This document shows, piece after piece, positions 1 to 11,500 of a DNA stretch of 40,635 nt. Source of the stretch: an uncultured bacterium (GTDB lineage Bacteria; Omnitrophota; Omnitrophia; Omnitrophales; Aquincolibacteriaceae); contig CAZIQJ010000001.1 of NCBI GenBank assembly GCA_964541285.1, forward strand, positions 2,888 through 43,522, written 5' to 3'. The stretch's first letter is position 1. Each line of letters opens with the position of its first letter. The notes under the pieces were generated by a model that saw only the letters and a list, made by a program, of their open reading frames with translations, did no database searches and had not been told where the DNA came from. The position numbers and the translations under genes are program-made.

Positions 1-612
1 TATCAGGAGGTCGCGGCAAAGTTCGGATGCAAGGCAGAGGCCGACCATCTGGAAAAGCTTTTCCGCAAAGCCTGGCTGAAACGCGACGGCATGACGGAAC
101 TTGCCAGCCACTCCGATGAAAAAAAAGAAAGGGAGTGGTGGAAAAACCTTGTGCATGAAGTTTTTACCAGCGCCGGGGGAGTGGATAATTTTGAAGATTT
201 TTTCCACGAGCTGTACGATGTTTTTGCCCGGCCTCAGGCATGGAAACTTTACGAAGACGTGCATCATCTTTTGCCGCTGCTTAAAAAGCAGGGCAAGAAA
301 CTCGGGATTGTTTCCAACTGGGATTCCCGGCTCTTTAAGCTTTGCGAAGCTTTTGAGCTGAACCAGTATTTTGATTTTGTCATTGCTTCCGCGGTTTTTG
401 GAGCTTCCAAACCCAGCCCGAAAATTTTTCAGGAAGCTCTGCGCCTTGCGAATGTGAAGCCAGAAGAAGCTCTTCATATCGGCGACAGTTTTGAAGATGA
501 TATTTTAGGCGCGCAGCGTGTCGGGCTGGGCGCTGTACTTATTGACCGCCATCCCAACCCAAGACCCCACCAGTACAATCCCACAATACGAAGCTTCAAA
601 GAACTCCTTTAA
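1..612 (+). CDS. HAD-superfamily hydrolase, subfamily IA (REG-2/HDHD3-like), 5' end outside window
   Basis: Frame 1 is open from nt 1 (YQEVAAKFGCKAEADHLEKLF...), so the Met at 91 in the ORF track is internal. HAD motif II GIVSNWDS, motif III SKPSPKIF, motif IV HIGDSFEDDILGA. Stop TAA 610-612. Motif I (DxDxT) must lie upstream of the window. Confidence 0.85.
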   Translation, partial: YQEVAAKFGCKAEADHLEKLFRKAWLKRDGMTELASHSDEKKEREWWKNLVHEVFTSAGGVDNFEDFFHELYDVFARPQAWKLYEDVHHLLPLLKKQGKKLGIVSNWDSRLFKLCEAFELNQYFDFVIASAVFGASKPSPKIFQEALRLANVKPEEALHIGDSFEDDILGAQRVGLGAVLIDRHPNPRPHQYNPTIRSFKELL

Positions 613-631
613 GCATCCTTATCGGGGTGGC

Positions 632-660
632 TTGAAAGGATTTGCCCGGTAGAGTATCTT
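632..660 (+). promoter_or_regulatory. Candidate sigma70-type promoter for the giant ORF
   Basis: TTGAAA (632-637), 17-nt spacer, TATCTT (655-660), about 75 nt upstream of ATG 735. Sequence match only. Confidence 0.3.
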
Positions 661-734
661 TTATCAACCCTCTCCATTTCTAAGGGAGGTCAACCCATTC
701 CACCTATAGGAAGGCACCTTTTTTTTAAGCAATT

Positions 735-833
735 ATGACATTTAGAAAAGATTTTAAAATCATCCGGTCTGTGGTGGCGGCCCTGACGCTTACGGCGTTT
801 ATGGCCACTTCCGTTATTCAGCCCGGATGGGCC
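735..833 (+). other. N-terminal Sec-type signal peptide or membrane anchor of the giant protein
   Basis: MTFRKDFKIIR (basic n-region), SVVAALTLTAFMATSVI (hydrophobic core), QPGWA|AP (small residues at -3 and -1). Confidence 0.7.
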
Positions 834-2588
834 GCGCCTGCTTCCGCTCCTGAAACTGGAATCTCACTTCCTTTTTATCTGGACCTTCCGGGCGAACTTG
901 GAAAAGTTGAAACCGCTGTTTCCGGAAAGGGGCCGGTTATTTTCCACATTCAGACCGCTCACGGAAATTATGAAGCTCAGCTGAAAATCCGGGAAATTCT
1001 TCACTACCTTCGCGACAAGCACAATGCCGATCTTTTGCTTCTGGAAGGCACTTCGTTCAAACCCGATGCCGGACTGCTGCAGTTTCTTGAAGACCCCGCC
1101 CTCAACCGTGAAGTTGCGGATCAGCTGACCCACAAGGCTCTTTTGAAAGGCGCTGAACTCTTCATGATGGATGAGCCGTCGTTTCCCGTTTACGGTATTG
1201 AAAATCTTGAAGCTTATTCGGAGAACGGCAGCGCCTTCCGGGACGTTCTGGAACAGAAAAAGACCACGGATGTTTTTCTCAAGAGTTTTGATGAACAGAT
1301 CAACCGGCTGACCGCGGCTTTTTTAAACAAGAACCTGAAAAACTTTCTCAAGCAGTCGGAAGACTATGAAAAGGGGAATATTTCATTTCCCGATTATCTG
1401 GAGAACCTGACAAAGCAGGCGGGAGAAATCCTGAAACTGGACCTCCAGGACCCTGCCAGCCAGATTGACTGGCCCATGCTGGTGCGTATGGCCAGGCTGC
1501 ATGAGCTGGAAAACGGGCTTGACTGGAAAACCTGCCAGAAAGAAAGAAAAGAATTTCTCGAGAAAATCCGGCTGTACCGGCTTCCCGGGGACCTTTACCG
1601 CAGCCTTGAAGCCGCGCTTTCCATGGAGCTGTCCAGGACCGAACTTCCAAACTCCGGAACCAGCCGTTTGTTCGAGGAAATGGTGACCAAACTTCCCGCC
1701 AGTTTTCCGTACGCCAAATATCCCCAATTGGTACGGTTCATGGCCCACCTGATGCTGCAGAGCGAAATGCGCGGCAAAGACCTTTTCAGGGAAACCGAGG
1801 AACTTAAAATCAAGATTGCCCTGAAGCTCGCGGTTTCATCCGAAGAAAAACGCGTTCTCCAGCTGCTGGAACGCTACCATCTTTTGCGCAAGCTTTTCGC
1901 GCTTGGTTTGACGCCGGGGGAATACACCAGGGTAAAGCGCGCGGAGAAAAGACTTGAGCCCTCTGAAATCGCGCGCCAGTTTTCCGAGCTGACCCGCAAG
2001 CCCGGAGTCAAAGACGTGGATTTTTCACACCTTGCGGAGATGGACGTTCTGTTTCGCAAAGGCCTTGAGTTTTACCGCGGCGCCAGGGACCGCGACCGCT
2101 GGATGCTTGAAAATATTGAGTCGCGCATGAAGGCCGCGGGCAAAACGCGCGCGGTGGTCATTACGGGCGGCTTCCATTCCGGTCCGTTCAAGGATTTCTT
2201 TGAAGGCCGCGGTTATTCCTACGCGCTTATGACTCCGGCCATGAACACGCTTGATGGAGAAAAGGAATATCAGGAGGCCAGCCTTCAGAATACCCCTTTT
2301 GAATTCTTGAAATCCACGCGCGAATCTCCTTATCCGTATTCTCTTTCTCCCGCGCTTTCACGGCAGGAGGGCGTCCGCGTTGACTGGGCGGCAGACCGGC
2401 TTGTGGCCGCGGAAACGCAGGTTTTGAAGACCGCCGGAAGACTCCGCGAGCTTCCCGACCAGGCCAACGGGAAAGCAGCTTCCGGAAATTTCGGTATTGT
2501 CTATAACCCTTCACCCGGAAGCGATGCCGTGGTGGTTTCCGCTCCGGGGCTTGCTTTTAAATCCATTTCAGTCACGGGCGTGGTCCGC
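735..2588 (+). other. Module 0 (aa 1-618): signal peptide plus TraB/PrgY/GumN/ChaN/Tiki-superfamily-like domain (putative metalloprotease fold)
   Basis: VIFHIQTAHGNYEAQ...NADLLLLEG (nt 936-1049) and RDRDRWMLEN...AVVITGGFHSG (nt 2085-2183) resemble the GTxH...E, RD..M and GxGH signature of this superfamily. A long helical insert lies between them. Confidence 0.45.
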
Positions 2589-5500
2589 CGTTCAGAGATG
2601 CGCGCGGGTGAAAATGATTACAAAAGTCTTCTTGCCGGTTTCACTTCCGTTGAGCTGAAGGCCCTTAAAGCCATGCCGGACGTCATGTCAGTTTTGGCAG
2701 GAGCCAAACCCTATGCTTCCGGGTTTATGCCTAAAAAAAATTCGAATACCGTGTTATTTTTTGAGCATTTTAAAGATGTTCTCAAGGACACTTCGAATGC
2801 CGGATTTGTGGTGCGTGTTGAGCCGAAAGCCAACAAATACTCTATTTATCTGCGCTCCAGAATCCAGGAAGAGTTTTCGCGTGAAGAGGCCCGGCAGCTT
2901 TTTGAGCGTTATGGGTTACTGGAAGAGTATAAGGCTATCGTAAATCAGGTAAATGGTCCCGATACCTGGCTGTCGGTGGTCCAGAGTCAGGACTTTTTTG
3001 CGAAGGATTCCAACGGGGTTCCGGTCGAGGGGGCTTTTACCAGGAAACAGCAGATTGTTGATTTGATTCTTGGAGTAGCGTTTGGCTACTACCTTTCGGA
3101 TGTGGATTTTTCCGTGTCCCAGACAGGCAGGGAAATCAAGCTTCCTCTTCGTCAGGTTAGAGGTATTTACCCGAACCTTGGATGGCTTGGAAACCCCGCG
3201 AATGCCGCTGCGTCGGACGCGCTTTTGCGCTCCTACGAACAGGCGGCCAGAGAAGTGGCTGATTTTATAGAAACAAAAATCGTGCGCTCTGAGATGCGCG
3301 CGGGAACAAAAGCCCAGGTTCTTTTTTCGATTCTTGACCAGCTTCAGGTATCTGATGCGGGAGAACAAACGGCCCGCACGCGTGAGCTTCTGGAACAGCT
3401 TGAAAAAAGACTTCCGAAGGACGGCAACTGGCCGCGCTGGGATGATGAAGACTGGAAGGGGTTTGGAAACCTGCGCTATTTTGCCGCAGCGCGGGGTATT
3501 TATCAGAAGCTTTCCGGTGAAAAACACGCCAGCCTTGTTCTGCTGATGCAGATGATTTACGACCACTACTCCCTGACCAGTACGCGCGGCGAGGTCAGCA
3601 CGCGTGAGCGGGAAAACAGCCTTGAAAGTTTTTACGGCCTTATCAAGTCCAAGATGGCGACTGTTCAACAGGCTGTGAAGAAGAAATCTACGGATGCTTT
3701 GCCTCAGCGGCCCATTATCATCCGTTATCCCGCAGCCGGGGACGGCTCCCAGGTCATGGGCCTGGCCCAGAACATTCAAAAAGAATTTCCCGGCGTTCCT
3801 TTCAGGGTTGACGCTTATGACAGGAAGGTCCGCTATTACCTCGTTGAGCAGGGAGTTGATTTCGCGGTGTTTGACAGCAGAGGGCGGCTGGCCCAGGCTG
3901 GAATCAACGGAGAACTTTACAATGATGAAGACCTGATCCCTGCAGCGGACCAGGAGGATTTTAAGGAACTCAAAAAAAGATTCCAGAGCAGCATCATCGC
4001 CGTTTCTTTCAGCCGGCTGAATCCAGGCCTTGAAACTGCGCAGCAGGATCTGGCGGGGAAAGGAGTCGAGCTGGTTTTTGACGAGATGGAAATTGAAAAT
4101 GATCCGTATGCCGCCAAGAGCGCCGACATCATCCTTCTTTCGAATCCTCGTTACTCTATCAAGGCGCCGGAATTTGTGGAGCCGACCCTCGGCTCTGCTT
4201 CTTCCCGTGGAGTCTGGTCGGTCCTCTGGACTTCGCATCTGGACAGCATCCGTTCACTTTTCAAGCTTTACGGCCGGACGCTCAAGGCCCCTGACGCAGA
4301 CGGGCATCCGGGTGGATCTCTTCTGATCCTTCAGAATGAGGAAGGCGGCGATTCTTCCCGCTACGATGTCTATACCCGGGAGAATCAGGAGCTTGTTTTA
4401 AAGCCGCATCTGACCGGTGTGACGGGAAATGAAATATCGGGGCAGGGTTTTTCCGCCCTGGTCGCGGCCTATGAGCGAAGCGGTTATCCGCATTTGAAAC
4501 GAATTCCCATTGAGAGAAACGCCCACGTTCTTACCAGAAAAGAAGCGGACGCGCTGGCCCGTCTTTCACGGCCCGTTCCTGTGCGCTGGGAAGACCTGAA
4601 AATTATTTTCACAGATCACTCGCACATGCTTTTTAATCCCGGCGGAAAGCCTAATCGCGCGCTTATCGCCTACCTTGAGGAACTTTTTGAGGCGGGCGCG
4701 ATTATGGTCATTGAAACCGGTGACGGTTCTGAAACAGTTGTGGCGAACGGAATTATCCGTTCTATCAAGAGCAAGTACCGCAGGCAAATCATCCTTAATT
4801 CCGCTACGGGCGCCGTGGCCTATGGTTTTGACAAAAGAGGGCGGCTTGACCGCGAGAACCCTTACTTTAATCTGGCAGAAAGCCTTCTGTCGTCTGTCGA
4901 GATGGACCGCTGGAAGGGTGTTCTGAAAAAAGTTTTTTCTGATTACGGTCTTGGCCCGGCGGTTATTGATAAAGGCTATGGAGATTACGAAAAAAGTTTT
5001 ATTACCAGCAAGGATGGGATTAATTATTCCCTGAGCATTGACAGGCGCCTGACCCGGATGGATGAACGGCAGGGTGAAGCTAAAAACCAGTGGCTGATGA
5101 GCCGCGGTCTTCCGCCTATGGTTCCGGCAGGAAAGGTTTTTGACCTGCGGACGTCCATCCAGACTTATCTGAAGCTGGAGCTTGCCAATGCCAAGCTAGC
5201 CGGAAAGATTGACGTCAGCCTTGTCAGCACCAGGACCCTTGAAACCACGATTCACGGCATTAACAAGCGCGCCGCGATTTATGAGTTGATCCGGCGGGGG
5301 ATTATCCGTCAGAAGCTTCAGGAGAACCTCAACCGCCTTCTTCGTTCAGTCCCTGCGGAGAAAAAAGCCGCTTTTCAGGCGGAATTTCCAAAAGATTATG
5401 ACGCTCGCTACACCGAAGTTTACGGCGACAGCTTTGCTCTGCGCGGAAACCGCATGTCGGACGCTGAGGTTGCGCTGGCGCTTCCGGGCGTTTACAAGGT

Positions 5501-8500
5501 TTCATTCGACGGCGGAGTGATTCCGCGTCAGTGGCTCGCGCCCGGCGTTGTGCAGCATCCCGGCGCCGGCGGGCCGGATGGGCTTCGTGATTATCTGGAG
5601 CAGAAAAAGGAAAAAAGCACCAGCACCGGCAAAAAAAGGGAACAGGTTGAGCGCCGTTCCGAAATGCGCGCCTGGACAAACGAAGCTTTACAAAAGTGGG
5701 CCGAGTCTGCAGTTTCGGGCAACCTGGAAGTGACGGCCAGACTTCAGCAAATTCTGGATATCCTTAACAATGCCGCGCTGAGCAAGAACAAGAAAAAAGA
5801 AGGCATTGCGGCACTCCTTAGAGAAGCCTCCGTAGCTGATCCTCGCCGGGTTGCTCACCAGCTGGCCGGAGCAGACCCGCAGGCGTTTGGAGCGCCGGCA
5901 GAGATTAAAACGCCCGTGACTCCGGCTCCAGTGACTGCGCGCAGAACTATTCCGCCGGCACCGGCTAAAACCGTAACTTCTGCTTCCTCACCGGCTGCCG
6001 CTGCGACCCCGGAAGACGTCATGTGGCAGCGCCTTGAAAAAGAGGTTGGTAATTATTCCAGTATCGAAAACCTCAGGACCGCTCTTGTCATCATGCTGGA
6101 GTATCTCAAGAGCAACGGCTACCCGTATTCCGCGGTGCTGGATAATTTCATTGACCACGTGCGTGTTGCGCAGCCAATGCCGGAGCCTTATGCGTCGCAG
6201 GGCATGCCGTTTGGCAAGGAAAAAAGCCGCGACCACGCTGTCTTTCTTATCAATACCCGCCCGGTCAACGTTTTTTCCCGTATTCAGGACTTGCGTTCCT
6301 CGCGTTCCAAGCTGGGCGCTGCGGCTACGGACTTCATGATAGAAAATATTCTTGCGACCCTGATGGGCGAAGCCTGGGGCATGCACTTCAACAGCCCGTC
6401 CGGCGAAGAGGTGCGGCAGCAGCGCAACGACCTCTACACGCGCTTTCATCCTGCTTACACTGACCCCTCGCTCGCAGGATTTATTTCATTAAATGCGGTG
6501 CTGATTGAGAAAATCGCGGTTGCCGAGTTTGTTCCGGAGCTTGCAGAAAGACTGGCCAAGCTTCACTACCTGATCTGGGCCAGGCAGAAAGGCCTTTTCG
6601 ATCCCGTCAGGGTTGCCAGCGCACTTCACGCCAACAGGCGCGACCCTCAGGTTCAGAGGATGAGTCAGCTGAGACAGAGTGCTTCTTTTGTGCCGCTCAT
6701 TGCTACACAAGGGAACCCGGTCCGCATGCTGGCCGGTGAAATCAGCGGGCTCCTCGGGCAGCTGGTGAATGTCTTTTTTACCGGTTTTGCCCGCGGCCAG
6801 CTGGGTACTACCGAAGCCGCGTATGGTTACTTTGCAATCCTGCTTCAGAAAACCGGCGTCATCACGGAGCCTGAACTCGAGCGGCTGGCCAACAGAGATA
6901 TTACGGGCATGGAAGCCAGGTTTGAAGCGGTGGCGGCACGGCTGTTTCCTGCCGTGGACGCTGAGCTGAGAGCTTCGGGAATTCCCGCAGAATTTTTAAA
7001 CCTTGAAGAGGCCTTCAGAACCTCCGGCCTGAGCGCGCGTTCCGAAATGCGCGCTGAAGTGAAGCCGGAAGAAGACCGCTGGAGCCAGTTTCATGTGAAG
7101 CTGGATAACACCACGATCCGCGGTGTTTCTCCGAAGATGAACAAGGTGGCTTCCGGAGAAATCGTGGTCTGGAACCCCAGGGAAAAAATGCCGGATATTT
7201 CCCTTGTAAGGCCCCACGATTCGGCGGATCAGGCTGAGATCAAGATCGCGAATGAAAAAAGCGCGCTGGATACTATCTGGGAAAAGGTGAGAGAAAAGTA
7301 CGCTTTCCGGGATGTCTATCACCAGGCTTTGCTGGAAGCCGAAACGCTGGTGGCAGATTTTCGTACGGAGATCCGCTCCCGGCGGGAAAAAAGCGAGATT
7401 ATTGTTTCGAGGTTCCTGGGGGATGTTTCTCTTTCCAGGCCGCTGGCTGAGAAGACCCGCGAAATTCTGGGAGTTCTTCTGGAAGCTCTGGAGTCGCGGG
7501 AAGACTTTTTATTCCTGACCAAAGAGACTTCCGGCATTCCTGCGGAAAAGGCCCGTGAGCTTTTGATCAATGCCTATATTGAAAAGGTCATGATCAAACT
7601 GTATGACGTTATTCTTAATCTTCCTTACGGGTTCAACACGGACCTTGAGCCTGTGGTCAAACGTGAGCGCGCGCTTTCCGCTCAGCGCAAGGAAATGCTC
7701 GAAGCTGAAATCCCTTTTATTGAAGCCGAGATCCGGCGGGGCAAAACGCCTCGTCTGGCGATTGAGAGTTCCATCGCCAGGCTGACGACGCAGGTCAATG
7801 AAATGACGCGGCAGGTTGAGACTCTTGAGGCAGCTGTTTTCGCGGAGCAGGCTGAGCCTGAAGAAGCGGCTCAGCCGCAGGGGGAAAGCCGGCAGGCGGA
7901 CGCTGTAACGCGCCTGGAATTTGCGCGGCATAACCTGGATACCGCGGTGGAGCAGATCGGCTACCTGCGAAGCATTATCGCTGAGTTTGACACTTATAAT
8001 TTTATTTATGAGCTCAACGACGAGTCCGATGTCAAGGCCCGGCGGATCGAACAGGAAACTTCCAAGCATGAGGAAGTTCTCCGTATCACTTCGGCATTTC
8101 TTCCGGAGCCCGAACTCGAAGAACCTTTTGACTCGTTTATGCGCAGTGAGATTCTGAAGGGCCGCCCTATCGCTTACGCCTTGTCCAAATTTTTCTACCA
8201 TAACCGCGCCAGAATCAAAAACAGTGAAGAATTCCTGGCTTTCATGATGCGGTATTACGACATTTCAGAGTACGGCATTCCGGGTGACAAGTCGGAAAAA
8301 TCCATCATTGTTTTTGCCAAGGAAATCCGTAATGAGTCTGATTACAACCGTTTGATGGGCACGCTGCGCGGTCACGGCAAGGTGGTGGCTATCGTCGCCC
8401 CGATGCGCGAAGGCGAACTGCGTATTCCTCATTGGTACATTTTCGCGAAGAAGAACAACATTGTGGTGGTCACTTCCGCGAACCTGAAAAAGGCGAGGAT

Positions 8501-11500
8501 TCAGTTTTCCGATATCAAGCCCGGCGACGAAGGGATTGTGGACGGCAAGAAGGGGTTTTTTGTCGTCAACCCTGATAATGCCTCCCGGCAGAGATTTGAG
8601 AGCCTTGGCAGAATTTATGAATATCTGGACACTTATTTTCTGAGCCGCGCGCTTCTGCCCGCGATTTTTAAAGATTTGAGCGTGATTTTTTCAGCGGATG
8701 AAATTGATCTGGCCGTGTTCCGCGAATCCGGAACGAGCGGATCGATCCTTTCGCGTTCCGGAGCCAGAGGGGTCAAGCTCTTCCGGCTTGAAGAAATTCT
8801 CAGCGCGGACCGCAGCCGTCAGGGTATCGAAGATGACTGGCCGCGGCTTCGCGACGCGCTTGCTGAGATCGCGGCCTATCCGTTTTTCCAGAATGGCAAT
8901 GAACTGATCATCCGCATGTATGACGTGGCTGAAGACAAAAGCCCCAAGTTCCTGGTTGAAGGCATGCGCGGACCCAGCCCGGAATGGAGCCGGGAAGATG
9001 TCATGAAAAACATGACGGGCGTCCGTTTCTATCTGAGCAAGGATAAAAAGTACCAGCGTTTCCGCGATTTTGGAAAACGCCAGCTCAAGGCGATTTTTGG
9101 CGCCCGGCTGCAAAAAGGGATTTCTCCCACAGGCATCAAAATCCTTTTTTCCGATGTTCGGAATGCCAAGGAAGTCTTCGCTATTGAAGAGCTGATCGAG
9201 GAAGCGAAGCAGGAATTTCTGGCGGAAGCTGCGCGTTCTGAAACGTTAAGAGAATCTCTTTCAGTGCAGACGTCTTCGGAAATTGCGGGGATTATTGACA
9301 GCATTCCGACTGGTTACATGTTTGAAGATACGCTGTCCGTTGAAAATGAACGCGTTGATATTTTCAGGGCCATTGCGGATCTTCGCGCCAAGCGTCCGGC
9401 TGAGAGGTTCATCGGCATTGGTTCCAATGACATGACCAAGTCTATTAACCGCGAACGTATGGGCGGTGAAATGCCGCTGGATGAACTCAACCCTCTTTTG
9501 ATCCGCGACATCCTGCTGATCGGCAAGGAAGCCAAAAAGCACAATGTGCCTGTGGCCCTGGAAGGGGAATGGGGCGGATCCGCGGCCATGCTCATGGCCC
9601 TGCTTGTTTTGCGGCACAACTACGGCGTTGAAATTGCGCCTGTCGCGGCCACTTCACAGATTCCCGAGCTCCTGGAGTTTGCCCGGACTATGACCTGGGA
9701 TGACCTTGTAAAGCCCGGCATTCAGCCCGGGCCGATAAGCCGCGCGGAGAAATCTTTCAAAACCCTGGTTGAGCTTTCGGTTTATCCTCGCGGATCATTT
9801 TTTATTTTTCGTCTTCTCTATCAGCTTTTTTCATGGCTTCTCAAGATTAAGTGGCTGCCCAATTCTCTGCGCAATACTCTTGAAAAATGGCAGATTGCCT
9901 TTCTGCGCAAATGGCTGCCTATTGAAGAGCTGAACCGTTCCGCGGATGAACTTTTGCAGCTGTTTATTGACCGCGTGGAAAGCTCGGAGTCTTTCAAGTC
10001 TTTTAAGGCTGCGAAAGAAAGAGAAGCTGCGGAGGCGGAGCGGCGGGCCCTTGAGATCAAGCAGGAACTGGAGCGTATTGCCGCTGAAAGGCAGACCGCC
10101 CGGGCATCGCTTGAAATTTCAGGTGCCACGGCGGGTCTGGCGGCTTCAGACGGAATCATTCTTGAAGATCTTAATGACGGAAATTTTATTGAGACGCGTC
10201 AATTTACGGCCGGGAAGTATGGTTTGCACATGCTGCCTGCGGCTCTTCTCCGCCAGGGCGTGGAAGCCATGCAGTCGAATAACAAGGTTCAAAGTCCGGT
10301 ATTCGTGGTCAATGGAAGAGAAATCGCGCTGAATGATGCGACCGGGATCATGATGGCCGCAGTCATGCCCGGGGACTTGGTCGGTATTCGCGGCACGGGA
10401 ACGCGTGAGCAGCTTGACGCGTTTTACGCGCTTGCAGAAAGTATCCGGGAAGAGGACGAGTCACCTTCCTTTATTGCGGCGTACAATCTGGGGACCGGAC
10501 CGGCGGCTGTTGTGGTCCAGACGCCCACGCAGCAGCAGGCGGTTGAAACAACGGTGACTCGCCAGTTTATTACCGGAAAGTATGGTTTGCATATGCTTCC
10601 CGCAGCGCTGCTGCGTCAGGGCGTGGAAACCATGGCCCAGGAAATCCGGGCGCATGATGTTTCGTTTGTAGTTGGAGAAAGAGTCATCGCTCTGGGCGAT
10701 GCGCTTGGAATCATGACGGCCGCAGTCATGCCGGGGGTCGAAATCGGTATTCGCGCTACGGGAACTCCCGCGCAGCTCGAAGCGCTTTACGCGCTGGCAG
10801 AGAGCATTCGCGAAGAAGATGAAACAGCTTCCTTTATTCCCGCCCAGCCGATGGCCGTGTCTGAACCGGCAGTGCCTTCTTCTGAGCCTGCGGCAGCAGT
10901 TCTGGAGACCCGCCAGTTCACAGTTGGCGCTTACGGCTTGCACATGCTCCCCGCGGCCCTGCTTCGCCAGGGAGTCGAGGCCATGCAGCCGGGTGACAGG
11001 GTTCAAGGCCCGGTGTTTGTGGTCAACGGCGCGGAAATTGCGCTGAACAACGCGTTTGGAATCATGACAGCTTCTGTCATGCCCGGAACCGAGATTGGTA
11101 TTCGCGCCACGGGAACTCCTGCGCAGCTTGATGCGTTTTTCACGCTGGCGGAGAGCATTCGCGAAGAAGATAATACGCCCTCTTTTATTCCCGCGCGCTC
11201 TGAAGTCAGAAACCTGGAGCCGGAAAGAATTCCGGACGCCCAGAGAGAGCCGCTCGCCGATGCCGCATTTACAGCCGCTGAAAAAATTCACTCGATTAAA
11301 AAGCGTGTTCTGATTTACGTCCCCGGAAGCGGTCGCTGGGCCGCCGAGCTTGTCTCAAAAATGTGGCAGGCCATGTATCCTGCGGAAACGCTTCATGTTC
11401 TGGCTGCGGACCGGGCCGAACTGAAAGAGGCCCTTGCCGCAATTCCCGCGGCGAGCGAAGGAGTTCTTCTTTTTGATGATACCGTGGTTGACGGCCGGAC

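Larger units (their letters stand above)
7038..11195 (+). other. Module 4 (aa 2102-3487): coiled-coil region, PTS Enzyme-I-like PEP-utilising domain, amphipathic helix, coiled coil, three HPr-like domains
   Basis: See the sub-features. The amphipathic segment SFFIFRLLYQLFSWLLKIKWL lies at about 9793-9858. The charged coiled coil is AAKEREAAEAERRALEIKQELERIAAERQ. Confidence 0.6.

Noticed and set aside
101-361. 86-aa + strand ORF in an alternative frame of the HAD hydrolase
   Set aside because: It overlaps a frame with clear HAD motifs, and its own translation has no features.
615-641. ATCCTT...AAGGAT inverted repeat after the HAD gene, as a possible terminator
   Set aside because: The stem is only 6 bp with a 15-nt loop and no T-tract, and it overlaps the candidate -35 box. 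Too weak to call.
2916-4238. 440-aa minus-strand ORF; similar cases at 12972..14030 (352 aa), 10461..11291 and 30480..31235
   Set aside because: All are embedded antisense in the giant ORF and none has a family signature. The + frame carries conserved motifs across these spans (HPr repeats, CofD-like and HAD regions).
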